Source: an uncultured bacterium (GTDB taxonomy: Bacteria > Patescibacteriota > Patescibacteriia > SG8-24 > DYFX01). From it: 64,000 nt of DNA. The notes beneath the pieces are model-generated. The model searched no databases. It was not told the origin of the DNA and worked only from the letters and a program-made list of their open reading frames with translations. The position numbers were made by a program, and so were the translations under genes. Location: assembly GCA_937900255.1 (NCBI GenBank), contig CALCDZ010000003.1, positions 191,149-255,148 of the forward strand, read 5' to 3'. Numbering within the stretch: the stretch's first letter is position 1; every line of letters starts with the position of its first letter. This document shows, piece after piece, positions 36,475 through 46,150 of this stretch.

Positions 36475-37851
36475 ATGTTTTCCTCCATCAAGAAATTCGT
36501 CCCCAAGCCGCTCTTGCGCGGCTATCACTGGGCGCTGGCGCATCTCGCCGCCGCCTGGTATGCCTGGCCTTCGCGCCGGCTGATCGTCATCGGCGTGACG
36601 GGCACGAACGGCAAGACGACCGTCGTGAACCTGATCGCCCGCATCCTGGAAGAAGCGGGGGAGAAGGTCGGCCTGACGTCGACCGTCAATTTCCGCATCG
36701 CGGGCGAGGACGTCCTGAACGACATGAAGATGACGATGCCCGGGCGCTTCTTCCTGCAGAAGACGCTGCATCGCATGGTCGAAGCCGGCTGCCGTTATGC
36801 CGTCATCGAGACGTCGTCCCAAGGGCTCGACCAGTACCGCCACCTCGGGATCGAATACGACGTGGCCGTCTTCACCAACCTTACGCCGGAGCACATCGAG
36901 GCGCACGGCGGCTTCGCCAACTACAAGAACGCCAAGCTGAAGCTCTTCCGCCACCTGACCAAGCACAAGCGCAAGACGCTGCCGATGCGCGGCGGCGTCA
37001 AGAAAGTCATCGTGGCCAATCTCGAATCGGAACACGCCTGGGATTTCCTGGACGCGCAAGCCGACAAGAAATACGGATTCCTGGCGGAGAGTTCCGACAA
37101 GCCGGCCGGGACCGTCACTTGGCCGATGGCCGTGGTGAAGGGGTTGCAGGTGGATCTGAAGCCGGAAGGATCCAGCTTTTCCGTGCGCGACGCCCGCTTC
37201 GATCTCAAGATGCCGGGGCGCTATAACGTGCTGAACGCGCTCGCCGCCATTTCGGTCGGCTTGTCGCAGGGGCTGCAGCTCGACGTGATGGTGAAGGCCT
37301 TGGCCAAGATCGACAACGTTCCGGGACGCTTCGAACGGATCGACGAAGGGCAGGATTTTTCGGTCATCGTCGACTACGCGCCGGAGCCGGAATCGGTCAG
37401 ACAGGTCTATGCCGCCGTGGAGCGGATGCCGCATGCTCGCATCATCCACGTCCTCGGTTCGGCCGGCGGCGGGCGCGACATCGCCCGAAGACCGGTCCTC
37501 GGCCGGTTGGCCGGAGAGAAGGCTGACGTCGTCATCGTCACGAACGAGGATCCGTACGACGACGATCCGCGTCTGATCATCGAGCAGGTGGCCTCCGGCG
37601 CCCTGGAGACGGGCAAGAAGGATGGGGAGACGCTTTTCCGGATCGACGATCGGCGCGAGGCGATCGCCAAGGCTTTCGCCCTGGCGGAACCTCGCGACGT
37701 GGTGCTTCTTACGGGCAAGGGCGCGGAACAAGCGATCGTCGGCCGAGGCGGCAAGCTGCATCCGTGGGATGAGCGCCGTGTGGCGAAAGAGCTCCTGCGG
37801 GAACGTCACGACGGAAGACCACCTACGCTTCCTCCGTCCGTGAACGCGTGA
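36475..37851 (+). CDS. murE: Mur ligase family protein, MurE-like (UDP-MurNAc-tripeptide synthetase) lacking the usual N-terminal domain
   Basis: The P-loop GVTGTNGKTT sits near the N-terminus. The motifs DVAVFTNLTPEHIEAHGGFANYKNAKLKLF, VIVDYAPEPESV, LGSAGGGRD and ADVVIVTNEDPYDDDP are also present. Confidence 0.8.
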   Translation: MFSSIKKFVPKPLLRGYHWALAHLAAAWYAWPSRRLIVIGVTGTNGKTTVVNLIARILEEAGEKVGLTSTVNFRIAGEDVLNDMKMTMPGRFFLQKTLHRMVEAGCRYAVIETSSQGLDQYRHLGIEYDVAVFTNLTPEHIEAHGGFANYKNAKLKLFRHLTKHKRKTLPMRGGVKKVIVANLESEHAWDFLDAQADKKYGFLAESSDKPAGTVTWPMAVVKGLQVDLKPEGSSFSVRDARFDLKMPGRYNVLNALAAISVGLSQGLQLDVMVKALAKIDNVPGRFERIDEGQDFSVIVDYAPEPESVRQVYAAVERMPHARIIHVLGSAGGGRDIARRPVLGRLAGEKADVVIVTNEDPYDDDPRLIIEQVASGALETGKKDGETLFRIDDRREAIAKAFALAEPRDVVLLTGKGAEQAIVGRGGKLHPWDERRVAKELLRERHDGRPPTLPPSVNA

Positions 37852-37866
37852 TACCATCGGTACGGT

Positions 37867-38304
37867 ATGCGCAAGAAGAGCGAACACGCGTCACGTCTCT
37901 GGGGCTGGTCGGTCGCGATGCTGGCCGTCCTGGTCGCGGTTTCCGGCGTCGGTTTCACCCGCGAATACCTGAAATCCAGGCAGATCGACGCGGAAATCCG
38001 CTCGCTGAACGAGGAGGCGGGGCGTCTCCAGGTCAGGAACTTCCAAGTCTCCTCGCTGGAGGCTTCCTTGAAGAGCGGCGAGTATCTCGAGCGGGAAGCG
38101 CGGCTGAAGCTCGGGCTGCGCAAGGAAGGGGAGCAGGTCGTCGTCCTCCGGAAGGAGGGCGCGTCCGCGCCGTCTTCGGAATCGTCGCCGGCGGCCCCGG
38201 CGGCGGAACCGGACTGGTCGAATCCGAAGAAATGGCGGGTGATGTTCATCGATCCGAAAGCTTATGAAGCCTATGCCGATTCCCGCCGCGTCGCAGGACG
38301 CTGA
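37867..38304 (+). CDS. ftsB: septum formation initiator FtsB/DivIC-like
   Basis: An N-terminal TM is followed by a coiled coil (EIRSLNEEAGRLQVRNFQVSSLEASL), typical of FtsB/DivIC. Confidence 0.7.
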   Translation: MRKKSEHASRLWGWSVAMLAVLVAVSGVGFTREYLKSRQIDAEIRSLNEEAGRLQVRNFQVSSLEASLKSGEYLEREARLKLGLRKEGEQVVVLRKEGASAPSSESSPAAPAAEPDWSNPKKWRVMFIDPKAYEAYADSRRVAGR

Positions 38305-39253
38305 ACCAAAAGTCGCCGCGCCATGGTTCGCCCGCCGGCGGACCTGGCTGTTCCTGTTCGTCTTCGGTTCGGCCGCTTCGGCCATCTTCGGTCTCTTCCT
38401 GTATCGGTATCAGTGGCGCGGGGGGGTGGCGGAAATCGTCACCAAGGCGCTGCCGTACCCGGCCGCCATCGTCGAAGGCCGGGTCATCCGTTATTCGGAT
38501 TTCCAGGACGAGCTTTCCGCGCTGCGACGCTTCTACGATGCCGAGCGGGACCGTGCCCCATCCGGGTCCGCCTTCCCTGATGAGGCTGAACTGAAACGCC
38601 GCGTCCTTGACCGGCTCGTCAAGGATACGCTGGCGGAGGCGTTGGCCTCGAGATACGGCATCGTCGTGACGGCCGAAGATGTCGCCGCCAGGTACGACGC
38701 CACGGTCATCGATCAGTCGGCGCTGGCATCTCCGAACGGCAAAGCGAAGGCTGAGGCGCGCGCCGCCGACACGTTGCGGCAGATGTATGGGCTCCGGCCG
38801 TCGCAGTTCAAGACGGATATCCTGCGCCCATCCCTCATCCGTCAAAAGCTCGAGAAGGCCATCCAGGATGATGAGGCTCTGAACGCCGAAAACCGAAAGA
38901 AGGCGGAGAAGGCGCTCTCGGAGCTCAAGTCCGGCAAGGCATTCAAAGACGTGGCATTGGCCTACAGCGAGGCGGCCGACGTCGGCACGACGCTCGGGGA
39001 TCGCGGAGAGATCGGTCGCGGTTTGCTCGCCCCGGAAGTCGAGACTGCCGCGTTCGGTCTCAGTCCCGGGGAGACGAGCGGGGTGGTGAAGAGCCCGTTC
39101 GGCTATCATGTCCTCAGGGTCACCGAGCGCCAGGAGCAGGGGGGCAAGGTCACGAAGGTCCATCTCTACGAGATCCTGGTCCGACCGATCCGGTTGGACG
39201 ACTATCTGGAAGCCCGGAAGAAGACGGCCTCGATCATCCTTTTCATCCATTGA
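38264..39253 (+). CDS. membrane-anchored parvulin-type peptidyl-prolyl isomerase (PrsA/SurA-like)
   Basis: An N-terminal TM is followed by a PpiC domain (FKDVALAYSEAAD...GDRGEIGRGLL...SPFGYHVLRV). Confidence 0.75.
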   Translation: MKPMPIPAASQDAEPKVAAPWFARRRTWLFLFVFGSAASAIFGLFLYRYQWRGGVAEIVTKALPYPAAIVEGRVIRYSDFQDELSALRRFYDAERDRAPSGSAFPDEAELKRRVLDRLVKDTLAEALASRYGIVVTAEDVAARYDATVIDQSALASPNGKAKAEARAADTLRQMYGLRPSQFKTDILRPSLIRQKLEKAIQDDEALNAENRKKAEKALSELKSGKAFKDVALAYSEAADVGTTLGDRGEIGRGLLAPEVETAAFGLSPGETSGVVKSPFGYHVLRVTERQEQGGKVTKVHLYEILVRPIRLDDYLEARKKTASIILFIH

Positions 39254-39294
39254 TTTCTCCAGGCATCCGTTGTACCCTTGACGGGCCTGGAAAT

Positions 39295-39368
39295 GCGGGT
39301 ATAGTACATCGGTAGTATGCGACCTTCCCAAGGTCGAGAGACGGGTTCGATTCCCGTTACCCGCTCCA
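39295..39368 (+). tRNA. tRNA-Gly (anticodon CCC)
   Basis: A 74-nt cloverleaf (GCGGGTA/TACCCGC acceptor, anticodon loop TTCCCAA, T-arm ACGGG-TTCGATT-CCCGT) with an encoded CCA. Confidence 0.85.
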
Positions 39369-39369
39369 T

Positions 39370-39445
39370 GCCACCTTAGCTCAGCCGGTAGAGCAGTGCT
39401 TTCGTAAAGCAAAGGTCCGGGGTTCGATTCCCCGAGGTGGCTCCA
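39370..39445 (+). tRNA. tRNA-Thr (anticodon CGU)
   Basis: A 76-nt cloverleaf (GCCACCT/AGGTGGC acceptor, GCTC/GAGC D-stem, anticodon loop TTCGTAA, T-arm CGGGG-TTCGATT-CCCCG) with an encoded CCA. Confidence 0.85.
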
Positions 39446-39451
39446 TGTAAA

Positions 39452-39476
39452 AACACGGCTTCAACGCCGTGTTTTT
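39452..39476 (+). terminator. rho-independent terminator after the tRNA pair
   Basis: The stem ACACGGC-TTCAA-GCCGTGT is followed by TTTTTG. Confidence 0.6.
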
Positions 39477-39508
39477 GCTTCGTCGATTTCCTGCTATACT
39501 GTCAGGGC

Positions 39509-40189
<681 letters not shown>

Positions 40190-40201
40190 CCGCTCCATCC
40201 C

Positions 40202-41113
40202 ATGATCGTCTCCGCCACCCGCGTCGTCGAGTTCGCTTTCAAGGATTTCTGGAGGAACCTGGGCCTTTCGCTCATGACCATCTCGATCCTGACCTTGACG
40301 TACCTTTCGCTGAACTTGCTCGTCATCGTCAACTTCTTCTCCGGCGCCGCCATCCGGGCCGTGGAGAACCGTGTCGACGTTTCGGTCTATTTCGGCCCCG
40401 ACGTCTCCGACGACCGCATCCTCGGGGTCCGCGGCAACCTGACCTCGCTGCCGGAAGTGAGAGACGTCCAGTTCATTTCGCGCGACCAGGCGCTCGAACA
40501 GTTCAAGCGTACGCACGCGTCGGAACCGGAAATCCTCTCGGCGCTCCAGGAAGTCGGCGAGAACCCTCTCGGCGCGGTCCTGGTCGTGAAGGCCAAGGAG
40601 GCCTCCGGATACGGGCCGATCCTTGAGGCGCTCGACAGCCCGGCCGTCAAGAGCCTGGTGGTCGACAAGACGGTCGAAGATCATCGCGCGCTGATCGAGC
40701 GCCTGACGTCCGTCACGGGCAAGGTCGAGAATGCGGCGCTCGCCCTCAGCCTGGTTTTCGCCCTCATTTCGCTGCTCATCGTCTTCAATACGATCCGGGT
40801 CGCCATCTATATCCACCGGGAAGAGATCGCCATCATGCGCCTGGTCGGCGCGTCCAGCGGTTTCGTCCGCCTGCCGTTCCTGATCGAGACCCTCCTGTTC
40901 AACATCATCGCGCTCGGGATCGTCGCGGCGACGGTCCTTCCGGTCATCGGTCTCACCGAGCCGTCCGTACGGGCCTTCTTCGGCACCGACGTGGGCGTGA
41001 GCGCCTATTACCGGAACGAATGGCTGCAGGTCTTCGGCGTGCAGTTCGCCGCCGTGACGCTTCTTTCGCTCCTGGCGACGGCTTTGTCGATGCGGCGGTA
41101 TCTCAAGAAATAG
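40202..41113 (+). CDS. ftsX: cell division permease FtsX
   Basis: TM1 is followed by a large periplasmic loop and three C-terminal TM helices. The gene lies immediately downstream of ftsE. Confidence 0.85.
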   Translation: MIVSATRVVEFAFKDFWRNLGLSLMTISILTLTYLSLNLLVIVNFFSGAAIRAVENRVDVSVYFGPDVSDDRILGVRGNLTSLPEVRDVQFISRDQALEQFKRTHASEPEILSALQEVGENPLGAVLVVKAKEASGYGPILEALDSPAVKSLVVDKTVEDHRALIERLTSVTGKVENAALALSLVFALISLLIVFNTIRVAIYIHREEIAIMRLVGASSGFVRLPFLIETLLFNIIALGIVAATVLPVIGLTEPSVRAFFGTDVGVSAYYRNEWLQVFGVQFAAVTLLSLLATALSMRRYLKK

Positions 41114-41130
41114 TTTGCATGCACGAACAA

Positions 41131-41166
41131 AAAACCTCGCCCCTCCATGAGGGCGAGGTTTTTTGT
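41131..41166. terminator. bidirectional rho-independent terminator (ftsX / MFS transporter)
   Basis: The stem CCTCGCCC-(8 nt)-GGGCGAGG is flanked by an A6 run and a T6 run. Confidence 0.65.
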
Positions 41167-41173
41167 TGCCGAA

Positions 41174-42655
41174 TCACTCCACTATGATGTGCTCGCCCTT
41201 GCGGATGGTCAGGTCTTTCATCACGAACGCGCCGATCGCGCCGACTCCCACCACGGCCGCGGCGGTCAGGAAGACGGTCCCGTAGGCCGCGACCTGCGCC
41301 TTCAGGATCATCAGGGCGGCGACCGGTCCGCTCGCGGCGGCATCGTTGATGGCGCTGGAAGCGGCGATTTCCAGGAGCTTGCTCTCGGTGGCGTCGGTCA
41401 GGATCGTCCCGAAGACGGCGATGCCGAAGGCGCCCGCGATGTTGCGTGCCAGCGCCAGGATCGACGACGCGATGCCGATCTCCTGCGGCGGAACGGCCGA
41501 CGCCACCGCCGACGTGCGCTGCGCCATGCCAAAACCGAGGCCGAAGGCCATGACGGAGAGCGGGACGATGACGTCGAGCAGGGTCGATTTCGGATCCAGG
41601 AAAGAGAACATCCAGATGCCGACCGCGGCGATGGCGGTGGAGACGCCGATGACGTATCGAGGTTGGACCTTGCCGGTCAGCCGTCCGCCCAGCGGCGCGC
41701 CGATCATCAGGCAGGCCGCCATCGGAAGGAAGACATAGCCCGTCTCGGTGGCGTTGAAACCCAGGAAGGTCTGCACGAAGAGCGGGACGAGGAAGATGCT
41801 CCCCATCATGCCCATGAAGACCACGAAGTTGTTGACGAGGGCGTTCACGAAGATCGAGTTCCGGAAGAACTTCAGGTCCACGATCGGGTCGGGATGCTTG
41901 GATTCGATGCGGACGAAGATCGCGAGGAAGACGGCGACGGCGAGGTAGGCGATCACGCTTTTCGTCGAAATCCAGCCCCAATCGAGGCCCTTGTCGAGCA
42001 CGAGGACGAGGGCGGAAAGCGCCGCGCCGAGCGTGATGGATCCGAACCAATCGAAGGCGATCGGCGGTCGGTCCGACTTCGATTCGTGGATGTAGGCTCG
42101 CGCCAGGAGGAGTCCGGCGACGCCGACCGGCAGATTGATCAGGAAGACCGAGCGCCAGCCGAAGTTGTCGATCAGCGGCCCGCCTAGGAGCGGCCCGAAG
42201 ACCGCCGCGGCCGCGAAGGAAGCCGACCAGATGCCGAGCGCTTGGGCGCGCTCCTTCTCTTCCGGGAACGTCACGGCCAGGATGGCCATGGCCGTCGGAT
42301 AGTCCGCGGAGCCCGCGATGGCCTGCAGCACGCGGAACGCGATCATCGAACCGAGATTCCACGCCAAACCCGCCAGTACCGAGCCGACGATGAAGACGCT
42401 GAAACCGATCATGTAGATGCGCTTGCGCCCGAGCGTGTCACCGAGCTTCCCCCAGATGGGGACGAAGACGGCGTTGGCCAGGATGTAGGCGGTGGCGATC
42501 CAGCCTGCCGAGCTCACGCTGATCCGGAAGTCGTCGATGATCTTCGGCAACGCGAGGTTGACGATGGTCTGGTCGAGGCGCCCGAGGAACGTGCCGACGA
42601 TGACGGTGAAGAGCACCAGCCAGCGCAGGCGGCCGGCGGCATCGTTCGCGGCCAT
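41174..42655 (-). CDS. MFS transporter, DHA2 (EmrB/QacA) drug-efflux family, 14 TMS
   Basis: The motifs LDQTIVNLALP and GKLGDTLGRKR match motif A, and the gene is 14-TMS length. It is the last gene of a marR-hlyD-hlyD-MFS operon. Confidence 0.85.
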   Translation of the reverse strand: MAANDAAGRLRWLVLFTVIVGTFLGRLDQTIVNLALPKIIDDFRISVSSAGWIATAYILANAVFVPIWGKLGDTLGRKRIYMIGFSVFIVGSVLAGLAWNLGSMIAFRVLQAIAGSADYPTAMAILAVTFPEEKERAQALGIWSASFAAAAVFGPLLGGPLIDNFGWRSVFLINLPVGVAGLLLARAYIHESKSDRPPIAFDWFGSITLGAALSALVLVLDKGLDWGWISTKSVIAYLAVAVFLAIFVRIESKHPDPIVDLKFFRNSIFVNALVNNFVVFMGMMGSIFLVPLFVQTFLGFNATETGYVFLPMAACLMIGAPLGGRLTGKVQPRYVIGVSTAIAAVGIWMFSFLDPKSTLLDVIVPLSVMAFGLGFGMAQRTSAVASAVPPQEIGIASSILALARNIAGAFGIAVFGTILTDATESKLLEIAASSAINDAAASGPVAALMILKAQVAAYGTVFLTAAAVVGVGAIGAFVMKDLTIRKGEHIIVE

Positions 42656-42656
42656 A

Positions 42657-43268
42657 TCAATCCTTGAGGATGACGGCCTTGGCCGACATCCCGTTCTTGA
42701 GTTCCGGGTAGTCGTCGACGTTGAAGCGGATCCTGACCTCGAACTCCTTGGCCTCTCGCTTGTCGGAAATGGAGAAGGCGATGCCGGAAGCGCGCGAAGT
42801 GGGACTTACCTCGTCGACGATGCCGGAAAAGCGTTTCGAGCCGAAAGCATCGACCGTGAAGCGCGCGGTCTGGCCGACACGGATGCTTTCAAGTCCCTTG
42901 TCTTCCTCGACGCGCGCGACGACGCGCAGCGCGGTGGGGTCGATCATCGTGACGACCGGCTCGCCTCGGTTCGCCAGCTTGCCGATGTCGGCATGGGCCG
43001 TGACGATCTCTCCGGCGACGGATGTCTTGACGAGTTCGTTGCCTACGCGGGCCACGACGAAGTCGGCCGGGACGCGGTCGCCGGCCCGCACGTCGACCTC
43101 TTCGATCGTGCCGGAACTTTGCGGAGACAGGGAGATGAGCGGCGCGGAAATCTCGGCCTTGTCCACCGAGACCCGCCCGCCGGCATAGATGGCGTAACCG
43201 ACGATCGCGGACGCGATGGCGACGGCGGAGGCCGCGATGGCGATGATGAGCGTCTTGCGGTTTTTCAT
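42657..43268 (-). CDS. HlyD-family membrane fusion protein (short, lacks long coiled coil)
   Basis: An N-terminal TM is followed by biotinyl-lipoyl-like and beta-barrel segments (GTIEEVDVRAGDRV...GEIVTAHADIG). Confidence 0.65.
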   Translation of the reverse strand: MKNRKTLIIAIAASAVAIASAIVGYAIYAGGRVSVDKAEISAPLISLSPQSSGTIEEVDVRAGDRVPADFVVARVGNELVKTSVAGEIVTAHADIGKLANRGEPVVTMIDPTALRVVARVEEDKGLESIRVGQTARFTVDAFGSKRFSGIVDEVSPTSRASGIAFSISDKREAKEFEVRIRFNVDDYPELKNGMSAKAVILKD

Positions 43269-43272
43269 AGGT

Positions 43273-44829
43273 TTACCGGTTGCCGCCGAAATCGGCGATG
43301 AGGTCGCCTTCGTGCAGGCCGTCCTTGATCTCGACGGAAGTTTCGGAAACGAGTCCGGTCGTGACGGCTTGCTGGATGAACGTCCCGCCCTTCTTCAGGA
43401 GGACGATGGCGTCATTGCCGCGCAGCAACAGGGACTGGCGGGGGATGATGAGCGTGTCCTTGGCCGAGGCCGCTTCGACATGGATGTTTGCGGTCATACC
43501 GTCCTTGATTCGGGCGTCTTCCCGGATGAAACGCAGCTTGACCGAATACCCGCTCGTCCCTCCGAGGGCGACGGGCGTCAGGTCGGTGCGCACCACTTCG
43601 GCCTGGAAGGGGACGGCGGTGCCGTACCCGTCCAAGGTGACGTTCACCGCATCGCCCGGATGCAGCTGGGCGACCTGCGTTTCGGATGCGAGCGCGTCGA
43701 TCTCGAAACGGTCGGAGGAGATCATCGAGACGGCTGGGGCGCCGGGGGCGGCCATTTCCCCTTGGCGGATCGCCACGCGGGAGACGACGCCATCGAACGG
43801 GGCTCGGAGCGCCGCCTTCGCCAGCTGGGCGGCGGCAGCTTGAGCGGCGGCTTGGGCTTGAGCGAGCGAGGCGGCTTGAAGGGCCAGGTCAGTCGCGGTC
43901 GGACCGGCCGTCTTCAGGGTCTTCTGGGATTCGGCGACGGCGACGGCGGTATCCGCCGCCCGCACCGAAGCTTCGCCTGCGGAAAGCGATGACAGGGCGG
44001 CGGTCAGGTTGGCGCGCGCCGCCGCATTGCCTGCCTTCCAGCCGTCGACGGCGGCTTGCGTCAATCCGGGGTTGGCCCGCAAGTCGATCATGTCAAGCGC
44101 GAGCGCGATCTCGTCGAGGAACGTCTTTATCGTCACGATGCGCGTCTTCGCTTCGGCGGAGGCGGTGAAAGGGTCCGCTCCCGTCCCAGCTCGGTCAAAG
44201 GAAGCGCGCCAGTCGCGCAGCTCGGATTCCATGGCGTAGCGGCGGCCGCTCAAGTCCGAGGTCAGGCGGCTGTCGCCGATGAAGAAGGTAAGGGTGGGCA
44301 GGGTGCCGGTCGGTTGATTGTAGAAGGTATCGGTCTTCCCGCGGACGGCGTCATCCGCTTTCGCGTAGGAGTCCACGACCTTGTCGGAGAGCCCTTTGCG
44401 GGCTTCGGACGCGCCGGTGCGCGCGGCCGTGACTTGCGCTTCGCTCACCGCCACGTCTTCCGGGCGGGCGCCGTTCTTTACGGCATCGTAACGCGCCTGG
44501 GCGGCATCGGCGCCGGCGCGGGCTTGGGAGTACTGCGCGGCGGCGTCGGCGGCGGAGAGAGAGGCGAGGAGCTGCCCTCGGCGGACCTTGTCGCCGGAGA
44601 CCACTTCCACGCGGGAAATCGTCCCGCCGCGCTCGAAGGAAAGGTCCGCGTCCGAGGCGGCGGTGACTTTTCCGGTCAGGTCGACGGTCGAACGTACGTC
44701 GCCGCGCTTGACTTCAACGGTCCCGAACGCCGGCTTGGCAGAACGCGTCTTGGCATAGACGGCATAGCCGATCGCCAAAGCAGCGACGGCGGCGGCGATG
44801 ACGATAAGAAGTTTTTTTTGTCGGTTCAT
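43273..44829 (-). CDS. HlyD-family efflux periplasmic adaptor (EmrA-like, long coiled-coil)
   Basis: An N-terminal TM is followed by an extended Ala/Gln-rich coiled coil and a C-terminal beta-barrel domain. Confidence 0.75.
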   Translation of the reverse strand: MNRQKKLLIVIAAAVAALAIGYAVYAKTRSAKPAFGTVEVKRGDVRSTVDLTGKVTAASDADLSFERGGTISRVEVVSGDKVRRGQLLASLSAADAAAQYSQARAGADAAQARYDAVKNGARPEDVAVSEAQVTAARTGASEARKGLSDKVVDSYAKADDAVRGKTDTFYNQPTGTLPTLTFFIGDSRLTSDLSGRRYAMESELRDWRASFDRAGTGADPFTASAEAKTRIVTIKTFLDEIALALDMIDLRANPGLTQAAVDGWKAGNAAARANLTAALSSLSAGEASVRAADTAVAVAESQKTLKTAGPTATDLALQAASLAQAQAAAQAAAAQLAKAALRAPFDGVVSRVAIRQGEMAAPGAPAVSMISSDRFEIDALASETQVAQLHPGDAVNVTLDGYGTAVPFQAEVVRTDLTPVALGGTSGYSVKLRFIREDARIKDGMTANIHVEAASAKDTLIIPRQSLLLRGNDAIVLLKKGGTFIQQAVTTGLVSETSVEIKDGLHEGDLIADFGGNR

Positions 44830-44847
44830 AGCGTATCAAATGAGGTT

Positions 44848-45282
44848 TCAGGCACGGAATTCTCGGACGAGCCGTTCAAGGATCCTGGCGAGACTGCCGC
44901 GATCTTCCGGACCGAGCACGGACAGGATGGCCCGCATCTTTTCGGCGTGAGCGCGGCGGGCGGCCGCCAGGATCCTGCGGCCTTCCGGCGTCAGATGCAG
45001 GCGCGCGGCACGGCGATCCTTGCGGTCCGGCCGACGCCGCAGCAGTCCGGCGGCGGTCAGGCTTTCGATGACGGGCGTCATCGAAGGCGGCGTGACGCGG
45101 AGGCGGGTGGCGACCTCCTTCATGAGCGGCGGCTCCGGGGACTCATGGACGCAGCCCAGGGTCGCGATCTGGAGATACGAGAGGAGTCCGACGGCGCCTT
45201 CCGGACCCTGTAGGCGGGTACGGATGAGCCGACCGGCTTCGATCATCAGCCGGCTGAGACGTTCGACGGTCGGGGTAGGCAT
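44848..45282 (-). CDS. MarR-family transcriptional regulator
   Basis: A winged HTH is indicated (LSYLQIATLGCVHESPEPPLMKEVATRLRVTPPSMTPVIESLTAAGLLRRRPDRKDRRAARLHLTPEGR). Confidence 0.8.
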   Translation of the reverse strand: MPTPTVERLSRLMIEAGRLIRTRLQGPEGAVGLLSYLQIATLGCVHESPEPPLMKEVATRLRVTPPSMTPVIESLTAAGLLRRRPDRKDRRAARLHLTPEGRRILAAARRAHAEKMRAILSVLGPEDRGSLARILERLVREFRA

Positions 45283-45429
45283 GGGGAGGTAAAGTAGTTC
45301 ATCAACCTAAGTATTTACCGGAACGGAAGAATCCTGTCAAGCTCCTCCTCCGAGGAGGCGGGCCGCAGGCGTTGCCCGCCGACGCCGGCTTCTGCTACCA
45401 TTCAGGCATAACGACGGGCACTTCCTCCT

Positions 45430-46026
45430 ATGCGACGCCACCTGCACATCGTCCTGCCGCTCTCCGCCGCGCTGGCGTCCGTCTTCATCGCGCTTTGGCC
45501 GTGGATCCAATCCAGGTTCGGCGGGTATCCTCGCGACATCGTATCCGACGCCGTCATCGAACCTGCCGCCGCGTCCTCTTCCTTCCACGGCGCCCCCCCG
45601 GTGCTTCTCACCATCAAGAGGCTCGGGATCGAAGCGCCGATCGCCGAGGCCGCGACCGACACGGAAGATGGGTATCAGAAGGCATTGGAAAACGGGATCG
45701 TGCACTTTCCCGGCACCGCGTTCCCCGGGCAGTACGGCAATGCGTACTTTTTCGGACATTCCAGCGACTATCTTTGGAATCCGGGATCTTACAAGACCGT
45801 CTTCGAGAAGCTCCCTTCGGTCCAGATGGGGGATGAGATCGTCGTGACGGACGCTTCCGGGACCTCGTACACGTACGCGGTGATCGGGACGAAGATCGTG
45901 ACGCCTCAGGATTTCTCGGTGCTCTCGCAGGGCGACGGCACGCGCCGCCTGCTGTCGCTCCAGACTTCCTATCCGATCGGCATGGCGACGAAACGGTTCA
46001 TCGTCATCGCCGAGCTTTCGGACTGA
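45430..46026 (+). CDS. sortase-fold protein lacking the catalytic cysteine (Ser in the TLxTC position; no Cys anywhere in the protein)
   Basis: An N-terminal TM is followed by a His motif YFFGHSS, the strand EIVVTDASGTSYTYAVIG, and LSLQTSYPIG...KRFIV where sortases carry TLxTC...R. Codon TCC encodes the Ser, and Cys would be TGC. Confidence 0.6.
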   Translation: MRRHLHIVLPLSAALASVFIALWPWIQSRFGGYPRDIVSDAVIEPAAASSSFHGAPPVLLTIKRLGIEAPIAEAATDTEDGYQKALENGIVHFPGTAFPGQYGNAYFFGHSSDYLWNPGSYKTVFEKLPSVQMGDEIVVTDASGTSYTYAVIGTKIVTPQDFSVLSQGDGTRRLLSLQTSYPIGMATKRFIVIAELSD

Positions 46027-46150
46027 AAGTCGCCGACGGATGGCGTCATCGACCCGGAGACGTGGACAGGAATCCCTTCCGGGTCTATCATCACGAAGCT
46101 GATGCCCATTCGGGCATCCGTCCAGTTTTCTTCTTGCCGCAATTAACGTC

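Noticed and set aside
36322-37887. Minus-strand 521-aa ORF antisense to murE
   Set aside because: No similarity to any family. It overlaps a clear Mur ligase gene.
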